NCBI GenBank assembly: GCA_039033175.1 | Contig: JBCCDD010000007.1 | Span: 59,817-123,816 of the forward strand | Source of the DNA: Planctomycetota bacterium | GTDB taxonomy: Bacteria; Planctomycetota; Phycisphaerae; Phycisphaerales; UBA1924 | Direction of reading: 5' to 3' | Length of the DNA stretch: 64,000 nucleotides | Shown: positions 1-10,157 of the stretch, piece after piece | Position numbering within the stretch: position 1 is the stretch's first letter | How the letters are laid out: every line of letters begins with the position of its first letter | The notes under the pieces: generated by a model | What the model saw: the letters and a program-made list of their open reading frames with translations, nothing else | Database searches by the model: none | Told to the model about the DNA's origin: nothing | Position numbers and translations under genes: made by a program

Positions 1-1194
1 GGCTACCCGGTGCTCGTGCGACCCAGCTACGTGCTCGGCGGGCGCGGCATGGAGATCTGCCCCGACGAATCGGCGCTGCGCCACTACATCACCGGTGCGC
101 TCGCCAGCAGCGACCTCGACGACGCGCCCGTGCTGATCGACCGCTTCCTCGACGCGGCGACCGAGCTGGACGTCGACGTGGTCGCCGACTTTGGCAAGGG
201 CGAGGACACCGAGCGCGCCCTGGTCTGCGCCGTGATGGAGCACATCGAGCAGGCCGGTGTGCACTCGGGCGACTCGACGTGCATGATCCCCCCCGACACG
301 CTCGACAAGCAGCTGGTCAAGCGCGTGCGCACGATCGCGCGCGACCTGGCGCGCGAGCTGGGCGTCTGCGGGCTGATGAACGTGCAGATGGCGGTGAAAG
401 AGGGCGAGGTTTTCATCATCGAGGTCAACCCCCGCGCGAGCCGCACCGTGCCCTACGTGGGCAAGGCCAAGGGCATCCCCTGGGCCTCGATCGCGGCCAA
501 GGCGATGATGGGCGTCACCCTCAGCGACCAGCGCGCCGCCGAACGCCCGGACACCGGCACGCACGCGGTCAAAGTCCCGGTCTTCCCCTTCCAGAAGTTT
601 CCCGGCGTCGACTTCGTGCTCGGCCCGGAGATGCGCTCGACCGGCGAGGTCATGGGCATCGACGTCAGCCTCCCCGTCGCGTACCTCAAGGCCCTGATGG
701 CCGCGGGGACCACGCTGCCCGGCTCCGGCGGCGTCTTCGTCAGCGTGCGCACGCAGGACAAGCCGGCGATCGTCCCCGTCGTGCGCTCGCTGCTGGCGAT
801 GGGCTTTGAGGTCTTCACGACCGCCGGCACGGGCGAACTGCTCGAACGCCACGGCATGCGCCCGACGATCCTCCAGAAGATCGGCGCGGGCGCCCGCCCC
901 AACGTCATCGACATGCTGCACGACGGCAAAATCGGGCTGGTGATCAACACGCCGACGCGCACCGGCTGGCAGACCGACGAGGGGCGCATCCGCGCGACCG
1001 CCGTGCGCCTCGGCGTGCCGATGATCACCACCGCGACCGCCGCCGCACAGGCCGTGCGCGCGATCGAGGCGCTCAAATCCGGCGTCTGGCAGGTCGCGGC
1101 GCTGCAGGACTACGAATCGCAGCAGCCCGAGATCGTCACCAAGGCACCAACCAAGTCGACGACCGGCCCGACGACCAACACCGCGGTGCGCTGA
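1..1194 (+). CDS. carB: Carbamoyl-phosphate synthase large subunit, C-terminal part (second ATP-grasp half, oligomerisation region and MGS-like domain); 5'-partial, the reading frame runs off the window start
   Basis: Frame 1 is open from nt 1 (GYPVLVRPSYVLGGRGMEI...). The terminal MGS-like domain (VFVSVRTQDKPAIVPVVRSLLAMGFEVFTTAGT) and the ATP-grasp motif IIEVNPRASRT are both present. Confidence 0.88.
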   Translation, partial: GYPVLVRPSYVLGGRGMEICPDESALRHYITGALASSDLDDAPVLIDRFLDAATELDVDVVADFGKGEDTERALVCAVMEHIEQAGVHSGDSTCMIPPDTLDKQLVKRVRTIARDLARELGVCGLMNVQMAVKEGEVFIIEVNPRASRTVPYVGKAKGIPWASIAAKAMMGVTLSDQRAAERPDTGTHAVKVPVFPFQKFPGVDFVLGPEMRSTGEVMGIDVSLPVAYLKALMAAGTTLPGSGGVFVSVRTQDKPAIVPVVRSLLAMGFEVFTTAGTGELLERHGMRPTILQKIGAGARPNVIDMLHDGKIGLVINTPTRTGWQTDEGRIRATAVRLGVPMITTATAAAQAVRAIEALKSGVWQVAALQDYESQQPEIVTKAPTKSTTGPTTNTAVR

Positions 1195-1199
1195 ACGCC

Positions 1200-2096
1200 T
1201 CAGCCGCCCAGCAGGTCGATCTCCGACGCCTCGAGGACGATCTCGTGCGTCTTGGTCTCTCGGATGAGGTGCAGGCGGAGCGTCGCGTTGCCGTCGAGGC
1301 GGGAGCCGATGGATCGCCACTCGGTCGCTTCGCCCACGGCCTCGTCCTCGGTCTCGATCAGGGTCGCCGACCCGGCGATCGCCGCGGTGCGGCCCGACGC
1401 GTCAACAAGCTCGATGCGCCCGATCACCGGTCGCTGCTCGCCCGTGCCCGCGAGGCGGTACGCGACGACGACGCCTCGCACGCCCGAGGGACCGTCGGGC
1501 GTGCCCCGCACGCGCACCTCGACGCCCTCGTCGATTTCGACGAAGTCGCCGCCGGTGTCGATGGGGGTCGACAGCGTGTCGAAGTCGCTCACGACCTCGA
1601 CCATGACGCGGACCGCGACGTGCTCGATGACGGCGGGCAGGCGGTCGAGGTCATCGATGGAGACCGTCTGGCTGATCGCCCCGCCGCTGCGCGCCGCGGG
1701 CCAGCGCCACGACAGCAGGCTGTCGCGAAAATTGGTCGCCGGGCGCTCCACGCTTTCGGCAAAGTCACGCCCGTCGGCGGTGCGCAGGCTCAGCAGACGC
1801 GGCGCGCCGAGCAGACGGTGCACCCGCGTCGGGGCGGCGACCGAGACGCGCACGTTCAGCGTGCGATGCACGACGTGGCGATCCTCGCCCGGCCCCGGCG
1901 GGCGGGCCTTGGCGAACGCGGTGATCTCCGGGCCCATGACCTCGATGCCGGCGGGCGCGCCCGCGACCGGACTGGCAACCGCAGCGGCGACCGGGGCCGG
2001 GTCCGCCGAGTGCTGCGCGCGTGCAGAAGAAGCCACGAACGCGAGTGCGAGGGCCGTCAGTGTTGCGCATGTGATCTGTCGCATGGGTCTCTCCAC
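1200..2096 (-). CDS. Secreted hypothetical protein (N-terminal signal peptide)
   Basis: 298-aa ORF. The N-terminus MRQITCATLTALALAFVASSARAQ looks like a signal peptide. I recognise no catalytic motif. Confidence 0.5.
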   Translation of the reverse strand: MERPMRQITCATLTALALAFVASSARAQHSADPAPVAAAVASPVAGAPAGIEVMGPEITAFAKARPPGPGEDRHVVHRTLNVRVSVAAPTRVHRLLGAPRLLSLRTADGRDFAESVERPATNFRDSLLSWRWPAARSGGAISQTVSIDDLDRLPAVIEHVAVRVMVEVVSDFDTLSTPIDTGGDFVEIDEGVEVRVRGTPDGPSGVRGVVVAYRLAGTGEQRPVIGRIELVDASGRTAAIAGSATLIETEDEAVGEATEWRSIGSRLDGNATLRLHLIRETKTHEIVLEASEIDLLGG

Positions 2097-2111
2097 GGGT
2101 TGAGCTTGCCG

Positions 2112-3152
2112 TTATCGACGGGCCTCGGACGCCCGTGCCCCTGATCGCGGCTGTCTCGCTGCAACGGACCGCTTGACCGCCGCTTTGCCTGACGTGTCTC
2201 GGTTCAGATTCGCCGCGGTGAACGTCTGCCCGGTCGTGTCGCGGTCCCAAGTGTGGGCGGGCCCGGCCTTGGACTCGTAGAACGCCCACAGCTCGAACCA
2301 GTAGCTGCGGAACTTGTGCACGCCGAACGGTTCGTAGTGCCCGGGCAGACGCCTGAGGATCTGCGCGTCGGTCCCCTCGTGACCGAGGACGACCTTCGCG
2401 TGACGCACGCTCTCGGTATCCAGCGCCAGGCGGCTGTAGCGCCCGAGGAGTTGCATGATGTTGCCGGCGGCATACGGCCCGATGCCCGGGAGGGTGACCA
2501 GGAATTTGAAGACGTCATCGTCGGGCGTCGCCGCGTCGCTCAGCCAGGCCTCGTCGATCGCGCCGCGCACGAACAGCTTCGCCAGATCCACCATCCGCTG
2601 GTCGCGGTAGCCCACGCGGCAGCGCGCGCGCAGCGTCCCCGGGCGCGTGCGCGACAGGCGCCGCGCGGTGGGAAACGCGTGCAGCCCCGTCGGGCTCGTG
2701 CGCCCGCAGACCTCGCAGAGCCGGCGGTTCATGTGGATCGTGCTCGTCCAGGCGACGTTGCAGCTCGTGACGGTCTTGATGACGTCCTCAAGCAGCGTGG
2801 GCGAACGGAAGAGGCGCGCCCGCCCGCTGCGCTTCCAGCGCGGGTCGACGCGGTGGAACGCGCGGACCTCTTCGGAGGATACATCCAGGCAGAGCATGCG
2901 CGAGAGCTGCGCGCGGGCCGCGCCGTGTTCGCTGCGCTCGAGCCGGCGGTCGAAGCGGGCCCGCAGCTCGCCGCTCGGGCGTTGATCGATCAGCACGCCC
3001 GCGGGGCCGCCCGCCAATTCGAGCACGCGGCTGAACGCACGGGCCTGCGGATCCCAGCGGTTGGGCGCGAGCAGGAAGTAGCCGTACGAACAGACATCGC
3101 GCGCCAGGTCGTGGTCGCTGGGGGCGGTCAGCTTGAGCGTGGTCCCGGGCAT
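2112..3152 (-). CDS. HhH-GPD superfamily DNA glycosylase (AlkA/Ogg-like)
   Basis: Helix-hairpin-helix Gly/Pro-rich loop LVTLPGIGPYAAGNIMQLLGRY with a downstream Asp. Length (346 aa) fits AlkA/Ogg-type glycosylases. Confidence 0.7.
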   Translation of the reverse strand: MPGTTLKLTAPSDHDLARDVCSYGYFLLAPNRWDPQARAFSRVLELAGGPAGVLIDQRPSGELRARFDRRLERSEHGAARAQLSRMLCLDVSSEEVRAFHRVDPRWKRSGRARLFRSPTLLEDVIKTVTSCNVAWTSTIHMNRRLCEVCGRTSPTGLHAFPTARRLSRTRPGTLRARCRVGYRDQRMVDLAKLFVRGAIDEAWLSDAATPDDDVFKFLVTLPGIGPYAAGNIMQLLGRYSRLALDTESVRHAKVVLGHEGTDAQILRRLPGHYEPFGVHKFRSYWFELWAFYESKAGPAHTWDRDTTGQTFTAANLNRDTSGKAAVKRSVAARQPRSGARASEARR

Positions 3153-3173
3153 GCGCGGGCACCGGGGCGGGGG

Positions 3174-3923
3174 TCAGACCGCCGTCAGCGTGCTGAACGG
3201 GAAGGCGTAGCTGGCGAGGTTGACGCACAGGCGATCGGCCAGGCGGGCGAACATCTCGTAGTGGTTGTCGGCCTGGTCGCTCAGCACGTCGGGCGAGACG
3301 CCGGCGTCGGTGAAGAGCGCCTGCTGCTCGCGCGAGAAGGTCTCGATCATCGCGCGGTCGCACTCGAAGTGGTACTGGAAGCTGTACGTCCGCAGCCCGA
3401 TCTTGAACGCCTGCACGGGGCAGGCCTCGCTGATCGCGAGCACCGTCGCGCCGGGGGGCGCCTTGGTGACGTGGGCGCGGTGGCTCTGGAACTGCGGCGC
3501 CGTCCAGGCGATGCCGCCCAGCATGCTCTCGGTCTGGGCGGGGATGGTGAGCTTGACGTCGACGAAGCCGGCCTCGGGCTTGTCCATCTCGCCCACCTCG
3601 CCGCCCAGCGCCTGCGCCAGCAGTTGGTGACCCAGGCAGATGCCGACGACCGCGAGCCCCTTGTCGTGCGCGCGCTTGAGCAGGTCGCGCTCGGCGTCGA
3701 GCCACGGGTGCGGGTCGGTCGTGCTCTGCAACCCGCCCAGGCTGATGACGGCATGGATGCCGTCCAGATCGCTGGGCAGGTGGGTGTGTGTCCCGGCGGG
3801 GGCCCGGTCGGCCGGCAGGTCGGGCCTGCGGACGTCGAGGCTGAAGCCGTGGTCTCGAAGGGTCATCCCGAGCCGACCTGGGGTCTGCGAGGGGCCGTGC
3901 TGAATCACCAGAACGCGTGCCAT
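3174..3923 (-). CDS. Class I glutamine amidotransferase-like protein
   Basis: MARVLVIQHG... and the GATase1 nucleophile elbow GICLGHQLLAQALGG are present. The start is set at the internal ATG (cat at 3921-3923) because the longer ORF would overlap the next gene. Confidence 0.75.
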   Translation of the reverse strand: MARVLVIQHGPSQTPGRLGMTLRDHGFSLDVRRPDLPADRAPAGTHTHLPSDLDGIHAVISLGGLQSTTDPHPWLDAERDLLKRAHDKGLAVVGICLGHQLLAQALGGEVGEMDKPEAGFVDVKLTIPAQTESMLGGIAWTAPQFQSHRAHVTKAPPGATVLAISEACPVQAFKIGLRTYSFQYHFECDRAMIETFSREQQALFTDAGVSPDVLSDQADNHYEMFARLADRLCVNLASYAFPFSTLTAV

Positions 3924-3939
3924 GGGCTGCGATGGTAGC

Positions 3940-4662
3940 TCAAGCGGGTCGGGCCGACCGGGCCGGGCTCCGCATCGTGATCGTCGCGTCGTGCCCGGCG
4001 AGATAATCGTTGCGGAAACGGACCAGCGGCGTCTGCGAAAGGGCCCAGGCGACCATCGCCGGCGTGTCGAACCGAGTGGCCGGGGGCTCGGCGGTCGTCC
4101 GCCCCGCCAGGTTGTGGCTCGACAGGAAATTGAAGACCACCAGCCCGCCCGCGACCGGTTCGATCGCCCGCCACAGGCGCCCGAGCACGCCGATCGCGTC
4201 GCCCTGCTCCAGCGTGTTGAGCGACCCGGAGAGGGCAAAGACGCTCACGCCGAACTCGGCGACCAGGCGCCCGGGCAGGTCGGTGTCGCCCACGAAGTCT
4301 GCGGTCAGCACGCGGGCCGGGCTGGCGCCCTCGAGCGCCCGCTCGGCGGCATCGGCCAGCTCGGCGATGCCCTCGACGCCCACGTACATCGAAGGGGCGT
4401 GGTCCTTCGCCCGCAGGTGGCGCAGAAAGTCGCCCGTGCCGCAGCCCAGATCGGCGACGACACGCCCGCGCAGGCGGGCCATCCGCCGGGCGACTTCGAA
4501 ACGCGTCGTCTGGGCCTGCGGGCTCTTCCAGAGCAGCGCATCGAACCCGACGCCGAGGGTGTCGACGGCCTCGCGGTACGGGCGGAGATAGAGCGGCTCG
4601 GACGGACTGCCCGCCTTGGCCGAATCGGCCGGCTGGGCTGGATTGGCTCGCTCATCGGTCAT
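3940..4662 (-). CDS. Class I SAM-dependent methyltransferase
   Basis: Motif I VADLGCGTGDF, with an acidic post-I region. Confidence 0.75.
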   Translation of the reverse strand: MTDERANPAQPADSAKAGSPSEPLYLRPYREAVDTLGVGFDALLWKSPQAQTTRFEVARRMARLRGRVVADLGCGTGDFLRHLRAKDHAPSMYVGVEGIAELADAAERALEGASPARVLTADFVGDTDLPGRLVAEFGVSVFALSGSLNTLEQGDAIGVLGRLWRAIEPVAGGLVVFNFLSSHNLAGRTTAEPPATRFDTPAMVAWALSQTPLVRFRNDYLAGHDATITMRSPARSARPA

Positions 4663-4687
4663 GCCAGCGCGAGCCTACCGTGCGGGC

Positions 4688-5332
4688 TCAGCGTCTGCGA
4701 TGGGTGACCAGCAGGAGCCCGACCATCGAAAGGAGGGCCGTGCCCGGGGCGGGGACCAGCGAGACCCGGTCGAGCCCGAAGTCGCCCATGATCGAGTCGG
4801 GCGTCGCGGTGATCGGCTCGAGGTCGTGGCGGAAGAGCAGGCGGTTGGAGACCGACAACGCCTCGGCGAACGTGCCCGAGCCTTGGGTCTGGGTCCAGTT
4901 CGCCTCGTCGAAGGCGACCTCGAGGAGCTGCCAATCGGCGCCGGGGACAAAAGCGATGGTCGTGATCCAGAAGTTGTTGCGGTTGGCGCCAACGCCGACG
5001 CGGATCTCGAGCTGGTCGGCCGGGCCGACATCGCGGAGCGCGAACCGGACGCCGGTCGCGCCGGCGGCCGTCAGATCGCCCGTGAACACGCTCGAGGTGT
5101 TGCGGACGCCCAGGCGCCCGGGCGCAGCAAGCTGGCTGACGTGGAGCCATCCGTCGCCCGCGCCGCCGATGCCGTCGGTCGCCTCCTGAACGACGTTCGC
5201 GCCCCCGCCCCACTCGCCGACGCCGTTGTTGAATTCCTCAACGACGCCGACCTCGCCCGCCTGCACGGCGGAGGCGAGCAACACAGCAGCGGCCGGCAGG
5301 ACGACTGGCAAGCAAGCAGGGCGGATCGGCAT
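4688..5332 (-). CDS. PEP-CTERM-like sorting-domain secreted protein
   Basis: Signal peptide MPIRPACLPVVLPAAAVLLASAVQA. The C-terminus is VPAPGTALLSMVGLLLVTHRRR (Pro-x-Pro-Gly, a TM helix, then Arg-rich). The start is the internal ATG at 5332. Confidence 0.7.
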   Translation of the reverse strand: MPIRPACLPVVLPAAAVLLASAVQAGEVGVVEEFNNGVGEWGGGANVVQEATDGIGGAGDGWLHVSQLAAPGRLGVRNTSSVFTGDLTAAGATGVRFALRDVGPADQLEIRVGVGANRNNFWITTIAFVPGADWQLLEVAFDEANWTQTQGSGTFAEALSVSNRLLFRHDLEPITATPDSIMGDFGLDRVSLVPAPGTALLSMVGLLLVTHRRR

Positions 5333-5516
5333 CTCGGGCTCCCCTCCGAACGCCCGTGCGAGGGGGCGGATCGGCTGGGGCAAAGGTGCCGCGCCACGCC
5401 GGGCGTGCAACCCGATTACCGGTCTTCATGCTCGGATAAGCGTCTCGGCGCCGCGAAAGCAGCGCCCTGGGGCGGGGCCGGGCCCCGGGGCAGCGCTGGG
5501 TTGGCGCCGCCCTCGC

Positions 5517-6452
5517 CTACTCGCCCAGGTGCATCATGGAGGCGAAGTCGTCGAACCGGGCCGTCAGCTCGTCCATGCCGCTGGGCCTGGTCAGCTCGGC
5601 CAGGCGGTCGAGGCTGAACTTCTCGATCGCGAAGCTGGCGACCACGGTGCCGAAGGCGAGCGATCGGCGCAGGGTGTCAAACTCCGACGGGTCCGCCGGG
5701 TCGGTCTGTGCGAGGCGCCCCATCATGCCGCCGGCGAAGGTATCGCCCGCGCCGGTCGGGTCGACGACACGCTCGGTCGGAAAGGCGGGCAGGGCGGCCA
5801 TGCCGTCCTCGTGGACGAGGATGCACCCGTGCTCGCCCTTTTTGATGACCACAAACCGCGGGCCGAGGTCGAGGATCTTGCGGCCCGCGACAACGGGGTT
5901 GCGCACGCCGGCAAACTGCTCGGCCTCCTCGTAGTTGAGCACGAGCCCGTCGACCTTCTTCAGCAGCGAGGTGAGGTCGTCCTTGGCGATGTCGATCCAG
6001 AGGTTCATCGTGTCGGCGACGCTGAGGACGGGCTGCTCGATCTGCTCGAGCAGATCGGCCTGCACCGCCGGGTGGCTGTTGGCGAGGAAGACGTACCGCG
6101 AATCGACGAAGCCCGCGGGCACCTTGGGCGGCGCCTCGGCGACGACGTTGAGATCGGTGCTCAGCGTCTCGCGCTCGTCCATGTTGTCCAGGTACTTGCC
6201 CGCCCAGCGGAACGTCTGCGAGCCGCCCCGCACCTCGAGCCCGCCCAGATCGATGTTGCCGAACCGCTCCAGCGAGGCCCGGTGATCGGCGGGGAAGTCG
6301 TCGCCGACGGCCGCGACCAACCGCACGGGGCAGAACAGGCTGGCCGCGGCGGCGAAGTACGAGCAGCTCCCGCCGAGGATGCCCTCGCGGTGCTCGCCCG
6401 TGGGCGTGTAGACGGTGTCGATCCCGATGGTTCCGGTGACGATGAGGCTCAT
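5517..6452 (-). CDS. PfkB-family carbohydrate kinase (ribokinase-like)
   Basis: C-terminal signature DPTGAGDTFAGG; length 311 aa. Confidence 0.85.
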   Translation of the reverse strand: MSLIVTGTIGIDTVYTPTGEHREGILGGSCSYFAAAASLFCPVRLVAAVGDDFPADHRASLERFGNIDLGGLEVRGGSQTFRWAGKYLDNMDERETLSTDLNVVAEAPPKVPAGFVDSRYVFLANSHPAVQADLLEQIEQPVLSVADTMNLWIDIAKDDLTSLLKKVDGLVLNYEEAEQFAGVRNPVVAGRKILDLGPRFVVIKKGEHGCILVHEDGMAALPAFPTERVVDPTGAGDTFAGGMMGRLAQTDPADPSEFDTLRRSLAFGTVVASFAIEKFSLDRLAELTRPSGMDELTARFDDFASMMHLGE

Positions 6453-6475
6453 GCCCGAATCATACGCCGGCGCCC

Positions 6476-8413
6476 TCAGCCCTTCTTGCCGCCCCCGGCC
6501 TTGGCCCAGCTGTCCTTGAGCGATACCGCGCGGTTGAAGACCGGGCGTTCGGGCGAGCTGTCGCTGTCGAGGCAGAAGTACCCCAGGCGCTCGAACTGCC
6601 AGATCGGGCCCAGCTCGCCCATCTCGGCGTTGAACAGCCCCGCCGGCAGGAACGTGTCCCGCACGCTCGCCGCGAGCGCGGGTTCGATCTTGGCGTTCGC
6701 CAGAACCCGCAGCGAATCGGGGTTGAGATGCTCAAGGAAGCTCCAGCCTTCCGGCGCGTCCTTGGGCGCCTTGTCGGGGCGATCGACGCTGAACAGGCGG
6801 TCGAACAGGCGCACCTCGGCGTCGACGGCGTGCTGTGCGCTCACCCAGTGCAGCGTGCCCTTGACCTTGCGGACCTTGCCTTCGCTGTCGGGCGGCGGGT
6901 TCTCGCCGCCGCGGGTCTGCGGGTCGTACGTGCAGAAGACCTCGGCGGGGTTGCCCTCGCTGTCGGTCCCGACATCGTGGCACTTCACCCAGTACGCCGA
7001 TCGCAGGCGCACCTCGCGCCCCGGCGCGAGGCGGAAGAACTTCTTGGGCGCGTCCATCATGAAGTCGTCGCGCTCGATCCAGAGCGACGGGGCGAAGGGC
7101 ACCTCGCGCGTGCCGGCCGAGGCGTCTTCGGGGTTGTTGATCGCGGTGAACAGCTCGACGCGGTCGCCCTCCCCGTGCTCGCCCCAGTTGGTGATCGTGA
7201 CGCGGATCGGGTCGACGACCGCCATCGTGCGCGGGGCGCGCTTGTTCAGGTCTTCGCGCAGCGCGTTCTCGAGCAAGAGGATGTCGTGCACCGCGTTGAA
7301 CTTGGTGACGCCGACGCCCTCGCAGAATGCGCGGACCGATTCGGGCGTGTAGCCCCGGCGGCGCAGCCCGCTGATCGTCGGCATCCGCGGGTCGTCCCAG
7401 CCGCTCACGTGCCCGCCGTCAACCAGCTCGCGCAGCTTGCGCTTGCTCGTCACGATCGTCGTGGGGTTGAGCCTGGCGAACTCGGTCTGCTGAGGGTGGT
7501 GGATCTCGGGGCCGAAGTCGGCGACCTGCCCGGGGTGACGCCCGCGCCCCTCGTTGATCGCGTCGATGAACCAGTCGTACAGCGGGCGGTGGTCCTCGAA
7601 CTCCAGCGTGCAGAGGCTGTGGGTGATGCCCTCGATCGAGTCCTCGAGGCCGTGCGCCCAGTCGTACATGGGGTAAACGTGCCAGGCGTCGCCCGTGCGG
7701 TGGTGCGGGGCGTTGACGACGCGGTACATGACCGGGTCGCGCATATTCATGTTGGGGCTTGCCATGTCGATCTTGGCGCGGAGCACCGCGCCGCCGTCGG
7801 CGACGCGCCCGGCGCACATGTCGTTGAACCGCGCGAGGTTCTCGCTGACCAGTCGCTCGCGGAACGGGCTCGCCTCCCCGGGGGACTTGAGCGAGCCGCG
7901 CTGACGCCGGATGGTCTCCGCGTCCTGCTCGTCGACGTACGCCTTGCCCTTGTTGATCAGCTCGACGGCCCACGCGTGCAACGCCTCGAAGTAGTCGCTG
8001 GCGAACAGCACGCCCGCGGTGCTGGTGTGGTCGCTCTCGTGCGCATCGGGCCAGCGGTAGCCCAGCCATCGCACGTCGCGCACGATCGAATCGACGTACC
8101 GCTGTTCTTCCTTGGTCGGGTTGGTGTCGTCGAAGCGCAGGTTGCACGCGCCGCCGACCGCCTCCGCGAGCCCGAAGTTCAGGCAGATGCTCTTGGCGTG
8201 CCCGATGTGCAGGAAGCCGTTGGGCTCGGGCGGGAAGCGCGTGCGCACGACCGACGCGTCGCCCGGGCGCCCCCAGCGCCCGCTGGCAACCTCTTGGTCG
8301 ACGAGGTGGCGGAGGAAGTGCTTGCGCGGGGCGTCGCCCTGATTGGCAGGATCGGGCTGGCTGGGCTGGTTGGGCTGCTCGGTCATCGGGCGGGAGGATA
8401 CGCGTGCGGCCAA
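6476..8413 (-). CDS. glnS: Glutaminyl-tRNA synthetase
   Basis: TRFPPEPNGFLHIGHAKSICLNFGLA (HIGH region) is near-identical to the E. coli GlnRS signature. 645 aa. Confidence 0.9.
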   Translation of the reverse strand: MAARVSSRPMTEQPNQPSQPDPANQGDAPRKHFLRHLVDQEVASGRWGRPGDASVVRTRFPPEPNGFLHIGHAKSICLNFGLAEAVGGACNLRFDDTNPTKEEQRYVDSIVRDVRWLGYRWPDAHESDHTSTAGVLFASDYFEALHAWAVELINKGKAYVDEQDAETIRRQRGSLKSPGEASPFRERLVSENLARFNDMCAGRVADGGAVLRAKIDMASPNMNMRDPVMYRVVNAPHHRTGDAWHVYPMYDWAHGLEDSIEGITHSLCTLEFEDHRPLYDWFIDAINEGRGRHPGQVADFGPEIHHPQQTEFARLNPTTIVTSKRKLRELVDGGHVSGWDDPRMPTISGLRRRGYTPESVRAFCEGVGVTKFNAVHDILLLENALREDLNKRAPRTMAVVDPIRVTITNWGEHGEGDRVELFTAINNPEDASAGTREVPFAPSLWIERDDFMMDAPKKFFRLAPGREVRLRSAYWVKCHDVGTDSEGNPAEVFCTYDPQTRGGENPPPDSEGKVRKVKGTLHWVSAQHAVDAEVRLFDRLFSVDRPDKAPKDAPEGWSFLEHLNPDSLRVLANAKIEPALAASVRDTFLPAGLFNAEMGELGPIWQFERLGYFCLDSDSSPERPVFNRAVSLKDSWAKAGGGKKG

Positions 8414-8433
8414 GCGGCTGATAGGCTGCCCGC

Positions 8434-9207
8434 ATGCTCGGACTCCTGCTCATCGCCGCGGCTGCGCCGCCGATGTTCGCCTGTGACTTTGAGGGGCCCG
8501 GCCCGATCGCCTCATTCGACCGCGCGCACCGGGTCGACCGCTTCTCGATCGTGCAAGACCCCGCCGACGCGGGCAACCGGGCCCTGCGGGTCGAGGTCGG
8601 CGCGGGCGACCATTACGGCGGCTCGCTCAGCGTGCAGACCGCACGCCGCCTGCCCGAGGAGCCGCGGTCCCTCTACTTCAGCTATCGCCTGCGCATGGGC
8701 GAGGACTGGGACCCCGCCCAGGGCGGCAAGCTGCCCGGCTTCGGCGGCACGTACGGCCGCGCCGGATGGGGAGGCAAGCCCTCAAACGGGCGCAACGGCT
8801 GGTCGGCCCGCGGGCAGTTCTTCATCAGCCGCGACGGGCTCATGCCGATCGGCTCGTACGTCTACCACGCCGACATGGTCGAAGACGGGCGCACATACGG
8901 GGTGAGCGTCCCTTGGGACGCGGCCCTCGAACGCGGACGCTGGTACACGATCGAGCGGCAGATCACGCTGGACACCATCGGCCCCGAGGGCGGACGGGGC
9001 GACGCGCGCCTGCGAGCCTGGGTCGACGGCGTCCTCGTCTTCGATCGCAGCGACCTGCACGTGCGTGACACCGACGACCTCCGCATCGAACGCGTCTGGC
9101 TCAACATCTACCACGGCGGCAAGATGCCCGCGCCCGCCGATATGCACCTGCTGATCGACGACGTCGTCGTGCGCACAGAACGCCCGGGGCCGCAAGTCCC
9201 GCCCTAA
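8434..9207 (+). CDS. Hypothetical protein, possibly polysaccharide-lyase-like with a concanavalin-like fold
   Basis: 257 aa with a hydrophobic N-terminus. GGKLPGFGG and the ...WYTIERQI... region recall PL14-like / Polysacc_lyase-family proteins. This is from memory only and weak. Confidence 0.4.
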   Translation: MLGLLLIAAAAPPMFACDFEGPGPIASFDRAHRVDRFSIVQDPADAGNRALRVEVGAGDHYGGSLSVQTARRLPEEPRSLYFSYRLRMGEDWDPAQGGKLPGFGGTYGRAGWGGKPSNGRNGWSARGQFFISRDGLMPIGSYVYHADMVEDGRTYGVSVPWDAALERGRWYTIERQITLDTIGPEGGRGDARLRAWVDGVLVFDRSDLHVRDTDDLRIERVWLNIYHGGKMPAPADMHLLIDDVVVRTERPGPQVPP

Positions 9208-10157
9208 CGCAGATCTGCCAGCGCCGGGGCGAGCTCTGGGAAGCGGAACGCGAAGCCCTCTTGCGCGAGGCGGCGAGAGATGCAGAAGCGCCCCTCGAGC
9301 GCAAGCTCCGGATCGATCCCGAGGGCGAGCGGCGCGCCGAGACGCACCATCCATCGGGCCGCGGGGACACCGATCGGCACGCGCAGCGATCGGCGCAGCT
9401 CGCGCATGAACGCGCGGTTGGAGGCCGGGGCCGGCGCGCTGGCGGTGTACGGGCCGTGCATCGACGCGTCCGTGATCGCGCGCACGAGCAGGCGGTGCAT
9501 GTCGAGCTCATGGATCCAGCTCACGCCCTGGCGCCCGTCGCCCACACGCCCGCCCAGGCCCAGGCGGGCGATGCGCCGGAGCAGCGGGTACGCCCCGCCC
9601 GAGCGCCCGAGCACGAAGCTCGCGCGCAGCACCACGGGGCGGATATCTGGCGTGCATGCTTCGGCGAACGCGCCCTCCCACCGCCGGCAGACATCGGGCG
9701 CGAAGCCGACGCCGAAGGGCGACGATTCGTCGCACGCCTCGCGACCGTCGCCGTAGCAGCCGGTGCCGGACATCTGGACCCACGCGCCGGGCGGGCTCGA
9801 CGCCAGGCGCAGCGCCCGCCCGAGGGCGAGCGTCGGCTCGACGCGGCTGCGGATGATCTGGTCGTGCGTCAGTGGGGTCTTGACGCAGTCGAAGCGGCGC
9901 CCGCAGAGGTTGATCAGCGCCGACGCGCCGTCGAGTTCGCGCGCCCAGTCGCCGATGTTCCGCCCATCCCAGCGGGCGTGCCGCCAGGGGCCGGGCGGTG
10001 GCTCGGTGCGCGAGAGGATGACGATGTCGGCGTCGCCTCTGGCGCGCTCGTGGATGAACGCGCCGAGCGATCGCCCGAGCGTGCCCGTGCCGCCGGCGAG
10101 CACGATGCGCCCGCGTGGCTTCGGCTCAGCCCCGGACATCGCCTCAACCCCGGACAT
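9204..10157 (-). CDS. YfcH-like SDR-family epimerase/dehydratase (TIGR01777 / DUF1731 type), paralog A
   Basis: Rossmann motif [15 protein letters not shown] near the N-terminus and the C-terminal block [33 protein letters not shown]. Start is either the ATG at 10157 (overlapping paralog B by 14 nt) or the one at 10139. Confidence 0.7.
   Translation of the reverse strand: MSGVEAMSGAEPKPRGRIVLAGGTGTLGRSLGAFIHERARGDADIVILSRTEPPPGPWRHARWDGRNIGDWARELDGASALINLCGRRFDCVKTPLTHDQIIRSRVEPTLALGRALRLASSPPGAWVQMSGTGCYGDGREACDESSPFGVGFAPDVCRRWEGAFAEACTPDIRPVVLRASFVLGRSGGAYPLLRRIARLGLGGRVGDGRQGVSWIHELDMHRLLVRAITDASMHGPYTASAPAPASNRAFMRELRRSLRVPIGVPAARWMVRLGAPLALGIDPELALEGRFCISRRLAQEGFAFRFPELAPALADLR

Noticed and set aside
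1245-2144. Plus-strand ORFs of 299 and 283 aa opposite the secreted hypothetical at 1200-2096.
   Set aside because: Same high-GC artefact. The minus-strand ORF has a clean signal peptide and sits tightly between carB and the glycosylase gene. I retain only moderate confidence in the minus-strand call itself.
3174-4238. Longer N-terminally extended versions of several genes as given in the ORF track: GATase 3174-4238, gltX to 15646, asnS to 31169, pdxH as part of 38550-41519, and the prenyltransferase-repeat gene to 26082.
   Set aside because: The extensions overlap neighbouring genes or are low-complexity. Internal ATG/GTG starts coincide with the beginning of family homology, signal peptides or RBS-like GGAGG motifs.
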